Assembly: GCA_965215015.1 (NCBI GenBank)
Contig: OZ244042.1
Coordinates: 1,088,001 to 1,152,000, forward strand
DNA: 64,000 nucleotides
DNA from: Candidatus Poribacteria bacterium
GTDB lineage: Bacteria; Poribacteria; WGA-4E; PCPOR2b
Direction of reading: 5' to 3'
In this document: one piece after another, positions 29,537-38,135 of the stretch
How positions within the stretch are numbered: the stretch's first letter is position 1
Layout: every line of letters begins with the position of its first letter
Made by a program: the position numbers and the translations under genes
The notes under the pieces: model-generated
Database searches by the model: none
Told to the model about the DNA's origin: nothing
Seen by the model: only the letters and a program-made list of their open reading frames with translations

Positions 29537-29989
29537 TCAGGGAGACTCTTCACGAACAACAACAACTTGAATATTGGCGGTAACGTCAGCGTGGAAGCGG
29601 ATGGGGACCATAAAAATACCCAATTCTCTAATCGGTTCTTCTAATTCAATATTCCGCCGATCCACCTCAATATCTTGGTTGGCGAGCGACTCTGCGATAT
29701 CCATGGAGGTAATCGATCCAAAAAGCCGATCGTTTTCTCCAGCGCGCCTTTCGATTGTGCACGTTACTTCTGCGATACGGCTCGCAATTTCTGTTGCCCT
29801 GACTTTTGCTTTTTCACCCTGGACCGCTAGCAACTGACGCTCATGCTCAAGCATTCGTCGGTTTTTTTCTGTTGCTCGAACCGCAAGCTGCATGGGGATT
29901 AGATAGTTGCGGGCATAGCCATTGGCAACCGTTAAAATATCCCCTTCATCTCCAAGTGTTTCTACTCTTTTTTTTAGAATAACTTCCAT
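29537..29989 (-). CDS. rplI: 50S ribosomal protein L9
   Basis: MEVIL, GYARNYLIP, LFGSIT. Confidence 0.97.
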   Translation of the reverse strand: MEVILKKRVETLGDEGDILTVANGYARNYLIPMQLAVRATEKNRRMLEHERQLLAVQGEKAKVRATEIASRIAEVTCTIERRAGENDRLFGSITSMDIAESLANQDIEVDRRNIELEEPIRELGIFMVPIRFHADVTANIQVVVVREESP

Positions 29990-30081
29990 AAAATGCCTCT
30001 CGATTTTTATGACTCGCGAATGTGCACAATGGACGAATCGAGTTGGGGAAACGGTGTGCCCCGCCTCCCGGCTATGATGAC

Positions 30082-30369
30082 CTACTGTTGCGTCGTAAAA
30101 GGTACTAAAGCGATGTTACGCGCACGTTTAATCGCTCTGGTTACCTCCCTTTGATGCTTTGCACAGTTACCCGACACTCGTCGCGGCAGAATTTTACCGC
30201 GGTCCGTCATAAAATTTCTGAGTATTTCAATACTCTTATAATCAATGAAATCTACCTTTTCCGTGCAAAATCGACACCGTTTGCGGCGTCCCCTCCGATA
30301 GGGCATCTCGCGGGAATCTCTGAAGTTGCCCCGGGTATTTCTTGTATTGCCTCGTTGTTCCCTTGCCAA
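30082..30369 (-). CDS. rpsR: 30S ribosomal protein S18 (Zn-binding type, TTG start)
   Basis: CRFC, IDYK, GKILPRR, CAKHQR, IKRAR; GGAGG RBS. Confidence 0.96.
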   Translation of the reverse strand: MAREQRGNTRNTRGNFRDSREMPYRRGRRKRCRFCTEKVDFIDYKSIEILRNFMTDRGKILPRRVSGNCAKHQREVTRAIKRARNIALVPFTTQQ

Positions 30370-30400
30370 AATTTCAGTCCTCCAATTGATGGTAGAGAAG

Positions 30401-30430
30401 AAAAAGCGGGCATCAACTGGGCCCGCTTTT
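30401..30430 (-). terminator. Terminator-like hairpin between ssb and rpsR
   Basis: AAAAGCGGGC/GCCCGCTTTT 10-bp inverted repeat with a U-run on the coding strand. Confidence 0.5.
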
Positions 30431-30468
30431 CGTTCCTAATATTCGTTAAATTCATGCAGTGATTAATC

Positions 30469-30924
30469 TTAGAAAGGAATGTCGTCGTCAGTGGTCGCAG
30501 GTGGTCCCTCTTCCCCCGAAAATCCGGATGGTGATGCGGGGACAGCTCCGGGGGACGCTTGGTCGTAAGCACCACTACCGTCTCCACCTTGACGCCCGCC
30601 TACCAATTGAACCCTTTCAGCAACGACATCTAGCTTGTTGCGTCTTTGTCCATCATCGGTTTCCCATGAATTAAAATTAAGTCGCCCTTCAAGAAACACG
30701 GGACTACCTTTTTTTAAATATTCGTTACAGACTTCTGCTTGTCTTGCCCAAGCAGTTATATCTACAAAACAAACATCTTCCTTTCTTTCCCCAGACTGCC
30801 GATCGTTGTAAACACGGTTGACAGCGATCCCGAATTTTGCCACAGCTGTTCCGCTTGGAAGATACTGTAACTCTGGATCACGGGTAAGGTTTCCCATGAG
30901 TATGACTTTGTTGTAACTTGCCAT
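30469..30924 (-). CDS. ssb: Single-stranded DNA-binding protein
   Basis: NKVILMGNLTRDPE and C-terminal DDDIPF. Confidence 0.97.
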   Translation of the reverse strand: MASYNKVILMGNLTRDPELQYLPSGTAVAKFGIAVNRVYNDRQSGERKEDVCFVDITAWARQAEVCNEYLKKGSPVFLEGRLNFNSWETDDGQRRNKLDVVAERVQLVGGRQGGDGSGAYDQASPGAVPASPSGFSGEEGPPATTDDDIPF

Positions 30925-30982
30925 GATTATTATCTCCTTGTACTTTATATGATGCTATACCTCATCGGCGGTATTAATAACA

Positions 30983-31390
30983 TCAAAAGTATTTGTTTTC
31001 ATCTTCGTCTTCGCTCTCAATATCTCTAAACGGACGAGCACCTGTCGAGTCGCTTCCTTCTCCCCGTGGTGCCGTTGTAGGGCTTGGAGTGGGTGTGGTC
31101 AGATCCCCCTCAAATTGTACAACGATGTGCTTGATTATCCGTTCCGTAATTCGATAGTGCCCGCTTAATTGACTTACAAACTCAGGGCTACTCTCAAATA
31201 CGATACACACATAATAGCCATCAGTGTGCTGCTTAACCGCATAAGCAAGCCTTTTCTTCCCCCATGAATCTGCCCTTAGAATCTTGCCCCCACCAGATCC
31301 AATAGCCGTCTTGACACCTTCAATAACGTCGTTTGTCTGGCTTTCGTCTAGATCTGGATTAATAATAAAAATGGTTTCGTACTGACGCAA
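30983..31390 (-). CDS. rpsF: 30S ribosomal protein S6 (TTG start)
   Basis: MRQYETIFI, WGKKRLAY, GYY; position ahead of ssb-rpsR. Confidence 0.96.
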   Translation of the reverse strand: MRQYETIFIINPDLDESQTNDVIEGVKTAIGSGGGKILRADSWGKKRLAYAVKQHTDGYYVCIVFESSPEFVSQLSGHYRITERIIKHIVVQFEGDLTTPTPSPTTAPRGEGSDSTGARPFRDIESEDEDENKYF

Positions 31391-31398
31391 TGCTTTTG

Positions 31399-31520
31399 TA
31401 CCTCCCTTTGGACGAATGGCTCCAATCTAAATCTTGACTGATATTTACTCGCAGAGAAAAATTCTCCTGCATATCCCTCATAACAATTCACAATCAGTCA
31501 GTTATGGAGCAGAGATTAAC
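31399..31520 (-). promoter_or_regulatory. S6:S18 ribosomal-protein leader RNA
   Basis: The leader reads CTCT-GCTCCA...TGGAGC-CA-TTCGTCCAAAGGGAGGT: an inner stem, a conserved CCR-like motif and an outer stem pairing with the SD. Confidence 0.7.
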
Positions 31521-31523
31521 TGA

Positions 31524-31552
31524 ATTATATCATAATTCGCTTGCTTTATCAA
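31524..31552 (-). promoter_or_regulatory. rpsF operon promoter TTGATA-N17-TATAAT (extended -10 TG)
   Basis: Hexamers read directly, just upstream of the leader. Confidence 0.7.
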
Positions 31553-31758
31553 CCGTTTTTAGCTAGACGCAGAAATATGTTACAGAGGCCCTTGTGAAGT
31601 GAGATTCGATTGGGGCAAATGAGCAAATGGGAGTCAATTCCGAGAGAATTAAAGTAAAAGCAGATTCTTATAGACAACATCTGGTTCGCATACTATAATT
31701 TGTGTGGCTGCGACGGTATGGATTCGCATACTATCTTTAGTTGAAAGGAGTAATGACA

Positions 31759-32829
31759 ATGTTACCCAAAACCTACTTCTATCTTGGCGTTGGAGTTTTG
31801 CTCATTACCACTATCGGTTGTCAACCCCAAACCTTACAAAGCCCCCTCTTTGAACCGCCTCCAGAACTAAACAATTTCGCTCTGCTCGACAAAGGGGCAA
31901 CCGTTGAAGCTTCACAATACCTCCCCAATCACCTACCCGAAGAGGTGATCGATGGGGATACCTCTTCCGAAACGTGGGATGAAGGTAGTGGTTGGGGGTG
32001 TACCTTAGAGCATCTACGTACCTCAGATCTAAATATACGCCCTTATGTTCAAATCAACCTCCCCGAACCTGTTGACATACGGCGAATTGTCATGTACACA
32101 ATTGATTCCGAACAGTACCCCGCCGCAAAGTACGGTCTCAAAGACTATCGGATTGAATATTGGCATGGAACAGGCTGGGGATTGATTCCAACAGGCGATA
32201 CGAAAGACAGACAGTACACGGCGAGGGATAACACTAAAGGGAAACGAGCGCACAGCATTCGCGGCAAGCTATTTTCCCGACAGATTCGTCTCGTGCCTGT
32301 GTCAACAAATGATACCGAGCGGATTTATCAGTATATGTCGCGGGAAAAACCTGTTTATGAGGTCAAAGGGCTTGCGCGAGTCATGGAATTAGAGGTGTGG
32401 GGATATCCAATAACAACAGGTCAGACAGTACAAAAGTTGGCTCAAACGTTCGCACCACAGGCAAAAATGCAACCGAGCGACAAAGAGTTAATAAAGGCAG
32501 TGCTAGAGAAATATGAAGAGGGATACGACACCGCCAATATCGAGAAAGTCATGTCTTGCTTCTCAGTAAATTACAATTCCAATGGACGGACGTATAATGA
32601 TATCCAAGCCAGAGCTGCTGAATTCTTTGAAATACATCATCAAATCAACATGACGCTATCAGGAATCAACATTCACCGGAACGTTATTGATGATACCGTT
32701 GTCGTCGCTGGAATCTACACGCTCCAGTATACACCGAAAGACAACGAAAAAGCCAAACAGACTTCTGGGCCCCTGTCGTTGGTCCTAGTAGATACGGACG
32801 GTGTGTGGAAAATCATTCGCGCTAATTAA
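31759..32829 (+). CDS. Lipoprotein with an N-terminal discoidin-like domain and a C-terminal NTF2/SnoaL-like domain
   Basis: Lipobox TIGC; NFAL..GATVEAS, VIDGD, ELEVWG; C-terminal IKAVLEKYEEGYD...DGVWKII; AAGGAG RBS. Confidence 0.75.
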   Translation: MLPKTYFYLGVGVLLITTIGCQPQTLQSPLFEPPPELNNFALLDKGATVEASQYLPNHLPEEVIDGDTSSETWDEGSGWGCTLEHLRTSDLNIRPYVQINLPEPVDIRRIVMYTIDSEQYPAAKYGLKDYRIEYWHGTGWGLIPTGDTKDRQYTARDNTKGKRAHSIRGKLFSRQIRLVPVSTNDTERIYQYMSREKPVYEVKGLARVMELEVWGYPITTGQTVQKLAQTFAPQAKMQPSDKELIKAVLEKYEEGYDTANIEKVMSCFSVNYNSNGRTYNDIQARAAEFFEIHHQINMTLSGINIHRNVIDDTVVVAGIYTLQYTPKDNEKAKQTSGPLSLVLVDTDGVWKIIRAN

Positions 32830-32857
32830 GCCAATGCGGAAACTTTTCCAATTTGTT

Positions 32858-33068
32858 TAGAACTTACGCAGTTGAACCCTCGAAACCTTGTAGTTCAGCG
32901 ATTTATCGGGGGGCGACAGTTCATCCCAAAGTAGTAGGCACGACCCGCCATGCCATCATTGGGACAACGGTTATACCATACAGAGTATACCTACTACTAG
33001 GGGCGATTTATGGCCTATCGGGACGCAGGTTAAATGGCGTTACGACAAACTTAAGGGCGTAACTCCTA
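32858..33068. mobile_element. MITE-like composite element, copy B (211 bp)
   Basis: TAGAACTTACGCAGTTGAA...GGCGTAACTCCTA termini; modules shared with copy A. Confidence 0.7.
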
Positions 33069-33071
33069 TTG

Positions 33072-34328
33072 TTATTGATCGAAGCTTTCATCTTCCCGGT
33101 AGGGCGCAAGTACCTCATCGATCGACAGGGCGTTGGGAAACCAAGCGACAACTTTGCACAACACTTCGTCAAGCAAGGCATCAGGGCAGGAAGCCCCCGC
33201 TGTCAGAACAATATCAACAGGTTTGCCATTAGGGGGGGGCATCGGCAGCCAATCGGTCGTTTCGCACACAGCTTTTGCGTGAATGTCCCAGTGACGGATG
33301 AACTGAGGCGATTCAATCTCCCCAGCGTCACGAACAAAATAGGTCGACATTTTGCCCTCACACAACTCGACAAGGTGATTGGTGTTGGAAGAATTATATC
33401 CACCTACCACCACGGCTAAGTCGCCGCAGTCTTCAATGAGGGCAAGCGTCGCGTCCTGATTCTCTTTGGTGGCGTAGCAGAGCGTGTCCTTCGTATCCGC
33501 AAAGTGTTCGTTAATACATTCCTCGCCGTATCGCTCTACCATCGCCTGCCGAAGCAGATCGGCAATCGCCTGTGTCTCGGTTGCCAGCATCGTGGTTTGG
33601 TTGACAACACCGATACGCTTCAGGTCGCGATCTGGCTCAAAGCCGGGGGAATAGCTATTCGCAAAATACTTAAAGAAAAACTCTCGGTCAGCCTCGCCGC
33701 GTATTACCCTAGCAAGTTGCTTCACTTCAGCCAGATTCAGCACAACCACCACCGGTGCTCCCGATTTTGCATGAGAGAATGTTGCTCGCGTTTCCTCGTG
33801 ATATCGCTTGCCGTGTACAACGATTGTATAGTTTTGCCTACCAATTTCCGCACTTTTCTTCCACACTTTTTCTACAAAAGGGCAGGTCGTGTTGTAAGTG
33901 TAGGGATTAATGCCCCGCGCATTCAGCTTAGATTGTATCTCCAGTGTCGTTCCAAAGGCGGGCACAATAACTACATCGGCAGGTGTCAATTCAGCGAAGG
34001 GAATCACTTGCTTCCCGGACGTTTCGCATAGGAATCGCACCCCCCGCTTGCGAAGGTCTGCGTTGACGTACGGATTGTGAATCATCTCAGACAGTAGAAA
34101 GATTCGCTTATCCGGATTCTCCTCCAGGGTCCGGTAGGCAATTTCAATTGCGTTCTCAACCCCGTAGCAAAATCCAAAGTGGCGTGCAATCTTGAAACGC
34201 ACCGGACCAAAGTCCAAAACAGAAGGGGTGAGATCGCGTTTCCGGGGGTCTGCCCCCCGGCGGGCTTGCTTCACGACAGAGATGATAGGGCTGCGGTAGA
34301 ATAGCGGGACGTTAAATTCTTTTGGCAT
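33072..34328 (-). CDS. ispH: 4-hydroxy-3-methylbut-2-enyl diphosphate reductase
   Basis: FGFCYGV, MIHN, TCPFV, HEE, NQTT, TLCYAT..NQ, GGYNSSNT, TAGASCPD. Confidence 0.95.
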   Translation of the reverse strand: MPKEFNVPLFYRSPIISVVKQARRGADPRKRDLTPSVLDFGPVRFKIARHFGFCYGVENAIEIAYRTLEENPDKRIFLLSEMIHNPYVNADLRKRGVRFLCETSGKQVIPFAELTPADVVIVPAFGTTLEIQSKLNARGINPYTYNTTCPFVEKVWKKSAEIGRQNYTIVVHGKRYHEETRATFSHAKSGAPVVVVLNLAEVKQLARVIRGEADREFFFKYFANSYSPGFEPDRDLKRIGVVNQTTMLATETQAIADLLRQAMVERYGEECINEHFADTKDTLCYATKENQDATLALIEDCGDLAVVVGGYNSSNTNHLVELCEGKMSTYFVRDAGEIESPQFIRHWDIHAKAVCETTDWLPMPPPNGKPVDIVLTAGASCPDALLDEVLCKVVAWFPNALSIDEVLAPYREDESFDQ

Positions 34329-34429
34329 TTCTCACCGTTTCTGCGATCGGTCAATTGGGTCAAGGTTTCTGTATTTGGTTGGACCTTGGAAAACTCAGGA
34401 GGGAAAGGAGGTTTTATTGGCTCAGTAGA

Positions 34430-34681
34430 TTTGAGCGATGATAATCTTTCACCTTAAAGCGTGGGTTGACTTCGACTGCGTTTTCAAATTCTACAATGGC
34501 TTTGTCGAGTTCACCTTGCTCCAGGTAGGAAGCCCCAAGATTCTTATATCTTTCTGCAGAGTCCAGGCTTGAGGGCAACCGCTTTTTTACCCTTCTCTAC
34601 CTGATCGCTACCCATCTGAAGACTACAGGCAGACAGAAAACAGCAGATCCCAATGAAGAAAGCGGTAAACAAGGTTTTCAT
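34430..34681 (-). pseudogene. Frameshifted TPR lipoprotein remnant
   Basis: GGGAGG RBS then MKTLFTAFFIGICCFLSACS; another frame gives the TPR helix SAERYKNLGASYLEQGELDKAIVEFENAVEVNP. Confidence 0.65.
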
Positions 34682-34696
34682 CTTGCCGCCTCCCTT

Positions 34697-35704
34697 TCAT
34701 TCACTAAAGACCTTCGTAATCTCGTCCGTCTCAAAAATAGGGAGTGGATAACGTTGGCTATCCACCTCAATCCAGCGACCGCTCTCCGGCGGTAGCAGCT
34801 GACCGATAATTTTACAGGGAATATTGCGTTCCGTAATCGCCGCCATCATTTCGCTGCTCTTTGTGGGATCCGCTGCAATCAGCAACGCACCTGAGGAGAT
34901 AACTCCTAACGGATTCAGATCCAATTCACCACAAAGTTGCTCTGTCTCATCTGATATGAGCAGCGTCTCCTGCCAGACGACCACCCCCAAATTTGCAGCA
35001 TGTGCAAGCTCGTGGATGGCTGTTGCGACGCCACCTTCCGTCGGATCGTGCATCGCATGGACACCACCCGTCCCAACAGCAATCTGTGCCTCTTCCAGCA
35101 CTGAAATTCCCGGTGAGATCAAATACTGCTTTGCTCTGCTAAGAAAAGTAGGGGAAAATTTCTCCAGCAGATCGGATTCACGCTCACGGACAATGATTGA
35201 AGTAGCTTCAATGCCAAGCCCTTTCGTCAAGATCAAATCATCCCCCGCTTGTGCACCCGCCGAAATAATTAGTTTATCCTTGTCGACTTCCCCAAGCATC
35301 TGCCCGATAACAATCGGTCGATCTAAACCGTAAGTAATCTCGGTGTGCCCACCGCACAGCGTAATGCCAAAATGCTCACATGCAGCATTGATCTGTTCCA
35401 TAATCCGGCGCACCAACGCTTCAGTCGTCCGGTTCTCCGGTAGAAGAATCGTCGTCAACAGCCATTTTGGAACTGCCCCCATCGTTGCAATATCATTACT
35501 ATTGACGCAGATGAGATACCAGCCAATCTCATCGGTTGCGAAGGTAATCGGATCCGTTTTAGCAACCAGATACGATCCACCGAAGTCTATCACAGCAGCA
35601 TCCTCTCCAATCTTCGGTCCAACAATAACACGGGCATCCCGATGGGGTTGAGGCAAAAGCTGCTGTAACAGATCGATCTTGAGCTTTCCGAGGGGCAGCA
35701 CCAT
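34697..35704 (-). CDS. AIR-synthase (PurM/HypE/ThiL-like) family protein
   Basis: GEDAAVI, KTDPIT, NDIATMGA, GGHTE, MHDPTEGG. Confidence 0.9.
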   Translation of the reverse strand: MVLPLGKLKIDLLQQLLPQPHRDARVIVGPKIGEDAAVIDFGGSYLVAKTDPITFATDEIGWYLICVNSNDIATMGAVPKWLLTTILLPENRTTEALVRRIMEQINAACEHFGITLCGGHTEITYGLDRPIVIGQMLGEVDKDKLIISAGAQAGDDLILTKGLGIEATSIIVRERESDLLEKFSPTFLSRAKQYLISPGISVLEEAQIAVGTGGVHAMHDPTEGGVATAIHELAHAANLGVVVWQETLLISDETEQLCGELDLNPLGVISSGALLIAADPTKSSEMMAAITERNIPCKIIGQLLPPESGRWIEVDSQRYPLPIFETDEITKVFSE

Positions 35705-35718
35705 TGACGTGAGTCCTG

Positions 35719-35853
35719 TTAAGCGGTGAGGACCTTCCGCCCCCTCGCACGACGTTGAGAGAGAATCTTTCGGCCATCCCGCGTAGACATCCGTTTACGA
35801 AAACCAAACTTGTTTTTTCGTTTGCGACGGTGAGGTTGATATGTACGCTTCAT
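35719..35853 (-). CDS. rpmH: 50S ribosomal protein L34 (missing from the ORF track)
   Basis: Hand translation [44 protein letters not shown]; divergent from dnaA. Confidence 0.97.
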   Translation of the reverse strand: MKRTYQPHRRKRKNKFGFRKRMSTRDGRKILSQRRARGRKVLTA

Positions 35854-35881
35854 CAGCACCTACTCCTAATCTAATCTTAAA

Positions 35882-35968
35882 TAGTACTTACGCAGTTGAA
35901 TGCTCAAAACCCTAAGGAGCCCGTAAGGAACACCGATCGGTGCTCCTTACTGAAGTGCGTAACTTCTA
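35882..35968. mobile_element. MITE-like composite element, copy C (87 bp)
   Basis: TAGTACTTACGCAGTTGAA...TGCGTAACTTCTA termini enclosing one hairpin (35923-35950). Confidence 0.7.
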
Positions 35969-36003
35969 CTTAAAATTTCAAATAATCAACTCAAAGCTAA
36001 GGA

Positions 36004-36033
36004 ATGATAGTCTATACGATTAGGATTTGTCAA
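36004..36033 (-). promoter_or_regulatory. Probable rpmH promoter TTGACA-N18-TATCAT
   Basis: Read on the minus strand upstream of rpmH. Confidence 0.5.
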
Positions 36034-36066
36034 GCTTTTTCCCACCAATCAATCCTGATTTTCGAC

Positions 36067-36095
36067 TTGATTCATGCTACGTTTCATGATATACT
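36067..36095 (+). promoter_or_regulatory. Distal dnaA promoter TTGATT-N17-TATACT (extended -10)
   Basis: Hexamers and spacing read directly; lies upstream of the first DnaA-box cluster. Confidence 0.55.
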
Positions 36096-36170
36096 AATGC
36101 ACATCTTACTTAGGGTTAAAAACTAAACCTAACACACGCTAGATAACGGATCTTTCTTAGGTGAGAAGTT

Positions 36171-36212
36171 TATGGATGATTTGTGGATAACCTGTGGATA
36201 ACTTGTGGATCG
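36171..36212. promoter_or_regulatory. DnaA-box cluster upstream of dnaA (oriC part 1 / autoregulation)
   Basis: Perfect TGTGGATAA at 36182 and 36193 plus degenerate boxes at 11-bp spacing. Confidence 0.85.
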
Positions 36213-36308
36213 TTCAATCTCGCCCGACTTTTGCTACGACCTTCTCTTTCCCTTTTACACCCTGAAGAATTGAAAAATAAACCGTGAAAAAATTGGAGCA
36301 TTTTCTAA

Positions 36309-36337
36309 TTGCTTGAATCTGGTTCTTTGGTTATAAT
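36309..36337 (+). promoter_or_regulatory. Proximal dnaA promoter TTGCTT-N17-TATAAT
   Basis: Hexamers read directly. Confidence 0.5.
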
Positions 36338-36451
36338 ATATTTGCAGCAACCTATTTTCGCTCTTAGTGCGGTATCAATTTCACAGTGATAACCATTCGT
36401 GTCGTTTAGGCTTTCATCTGTTTAAGGAACCCTCCACCCATAGGAACTATT

Positions 36452-37804
36452 ATGATGCGGTATACCCCAGATCAAATCTGGTTGAAAATTCTGTCTGAAT
36501 TGGGCGATACCATTCGTGAAGATGTCTACCTACGCCAAGCCAAACCAATGGCTCTCACAGAAGGTGAACTGACGATTTCAGTGCCAAGTGTATATACACA
36601 GGACCAAATTGCAAGCCGTTTTCTGTCTGACATCAATAGTCTCTTAGAGCAACAGATTGGTGCAAGCTGTCGGCTCAAAATCATTGCTGCACAGTCAGGC
36701 GGAAAAAGGCCCGCCGAGTCGTTGGCCCCGTCTCCCTCCCCTGACGCGACTGATGCGACACCTGCCTCTGAAGCCAGTCTGAATCCCGAACATACTTTCA
36801 ATCGGTTTGTTGTTGGAACAGGTAATCGTTTGAGTCATGCCGCTTCACTTGCTGTGTCAGAAAACCCCGGGAAGATTTATAATCCGCTTTTCATCTACGG
36901 TGGCGTCGGCTTGGGTAAGACTCACCTGCTGCATGCAATCGGAAATCGTGTCCAAGAGATTCATTCCGAGCAGAAAGTCCTCTATATCTCCTCTGAGACC
37001 TTTATGAATGAATACATTGATTCTATCATCACTCGCACAACCGCCTTCGATTTCCGAAGTAAATATCGAACTGTCGATGTGCTCCTTATCGACGACATCC
37101 AGTTCTTACAACGTAAGGAAGGGACTCAGGAAGAATTTTTCCATACTTTTAATGAACTACACCAAAATTCAAATCATATTGTGATGACAAGCGATCGCCC
37201 ACCCAAAAACCTTGAAACTGTCGAAGAACGCTTGCGATCCCGCTTTGAGTGGGGAATGGTTGCTGACATCAGTCCGCCACAATTTGAAACACGGATTGCT
37301 ATCCTTCGCCAGAAATGCGAAGACCAAAATTTGGAAAACGTCCCTGACTCTGTTTTAAGCTATATCGCCGAGGTGATTCACACAAACATTCGGGACTTAG
37401 AAGGCTCGCTCATTCGTGTTGCCGCAGAAGCGAGCCTGTTCAATGAGGAGTTGACTGTTGATTTTGCCCGTAATGTGTTGGACAACGTTACACCACCACC
37501 CGTCCGAATTCCCTATCAAGCCATTACAGCAGAAGATATTCAAAAAGCTGTAGCAAGCTATTTTCGCATCAAAATCGGCGACCTCAAATCCTCTACACGC
37601 ACAAAAGCGGTCGTTGTCCCCAGACAAATTGCTATGTATCTTTGCCGCCAACTCACCAACCTTTCCCTGACGGAAATTGCGGATGCTTTCGGTAGACAAG
37701 ATCACACGACCGTTTTACACGCTAACAATCGAGTCGAAGAAAGCATCCGAACAGATTCAGAACTTTACCAAACAGTTAATTTTTTGATGGAAGATATTAA
37801 ATAA
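36452..37804 (+). CDS. dnaA: Chromosomal replication initiator DnaA
   Basis: YNPLFIYGGVGLGKTHLL, LLIDDIQF, QEEFFHTFN, RLRSRF, RQIAMYL, DHTTVLH. Confidence 0.98.
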   Translation: MMRYTPDQIWLKILSELGDTIREDVYLRQAKPMALTEGELTISVPSVYTQDQIASRFLSDINSLLEQQIGASCRLKIIAAQSGGKRPAESLAPSPSPDATDATPASEASLNPEHTFNRFVVGTGNRLSHAASLAVSENPGKIYNPLFIYGGVGLGKTHLLHAIGNRVQEIHSEQKVLYISSETFMNEYIDSIITRTTAFDFRSKYRTVDVLLIDDIQFLQRKEGTQEEFFHTFNELHQNSNHIVMTSDRPPKNLETVEERLRSRFEWGMVADISPPQFETRIAILRQKCEDQNLENVPDSVLSYIAEVIHTNIRDLEGSLIRVAAEASLFNEELTVDFARNVLDNVTPPPVRIPYQAITAEDIQKAVASYFRIKIGDLKSSTRTKAVVVPRQIAMYLCRQLTNLSLTEIADAFGRQDHTTVLHANNRVEESIRTDSELYQTVNFLMEDIK

Positions 37805-37830
37805 TGGAAACATATTTTGCAAATCGTAAA

Positions 37831-38045
37831 TGTGGATAACCTGTGGATAACCCTGTGGATAACTTGTGGATTGTTTGTGGAAGGATGTGGATAAATATAG
37901 CCCTGTGGATAACTTGTGGATAACTTCAAAAGTTATCCACAAGTTATCCACAGGCTTCCAGTCAGTCGTGGTGTGGGTTTAAGGGACTTATCCACATATC
38001 CACAGGCCCTACTACTACTACTACTTATATATTAATTAATAAGAT
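37831..38045. other. oriC: Replication origin oriC (unwinding part): DnaA boxes, GC spacer, DnaA-trios, AT-rich tract
   Basis: Nine perfect boxes (37831, 37842, 37854, 37886, 37904, 37915, 37933, 37944, 37988), then ATATCCACA-GGCCC-TACTACTACTACTAC-TTATATATTAATTAAT. Confidence 0.95.
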
Positions 38046-38135
38046 AAAGAGTAGAAAAGAGTATGTAACCGTTATTTGTCTAAAGAGTACTTATGAAGAT
38101 TTAACTTTAAAACATAATTTTTTAGGAGAGAGATA

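Noticed and set aside
37757-37951. 64-aa ORF, or a CRISPR-like array, in the dnaA-dnaN spacer
   Set aside because: The periodicity comes from 9-bp DnaA boxes; there are no 23-47 bp repeats with unique spacers.
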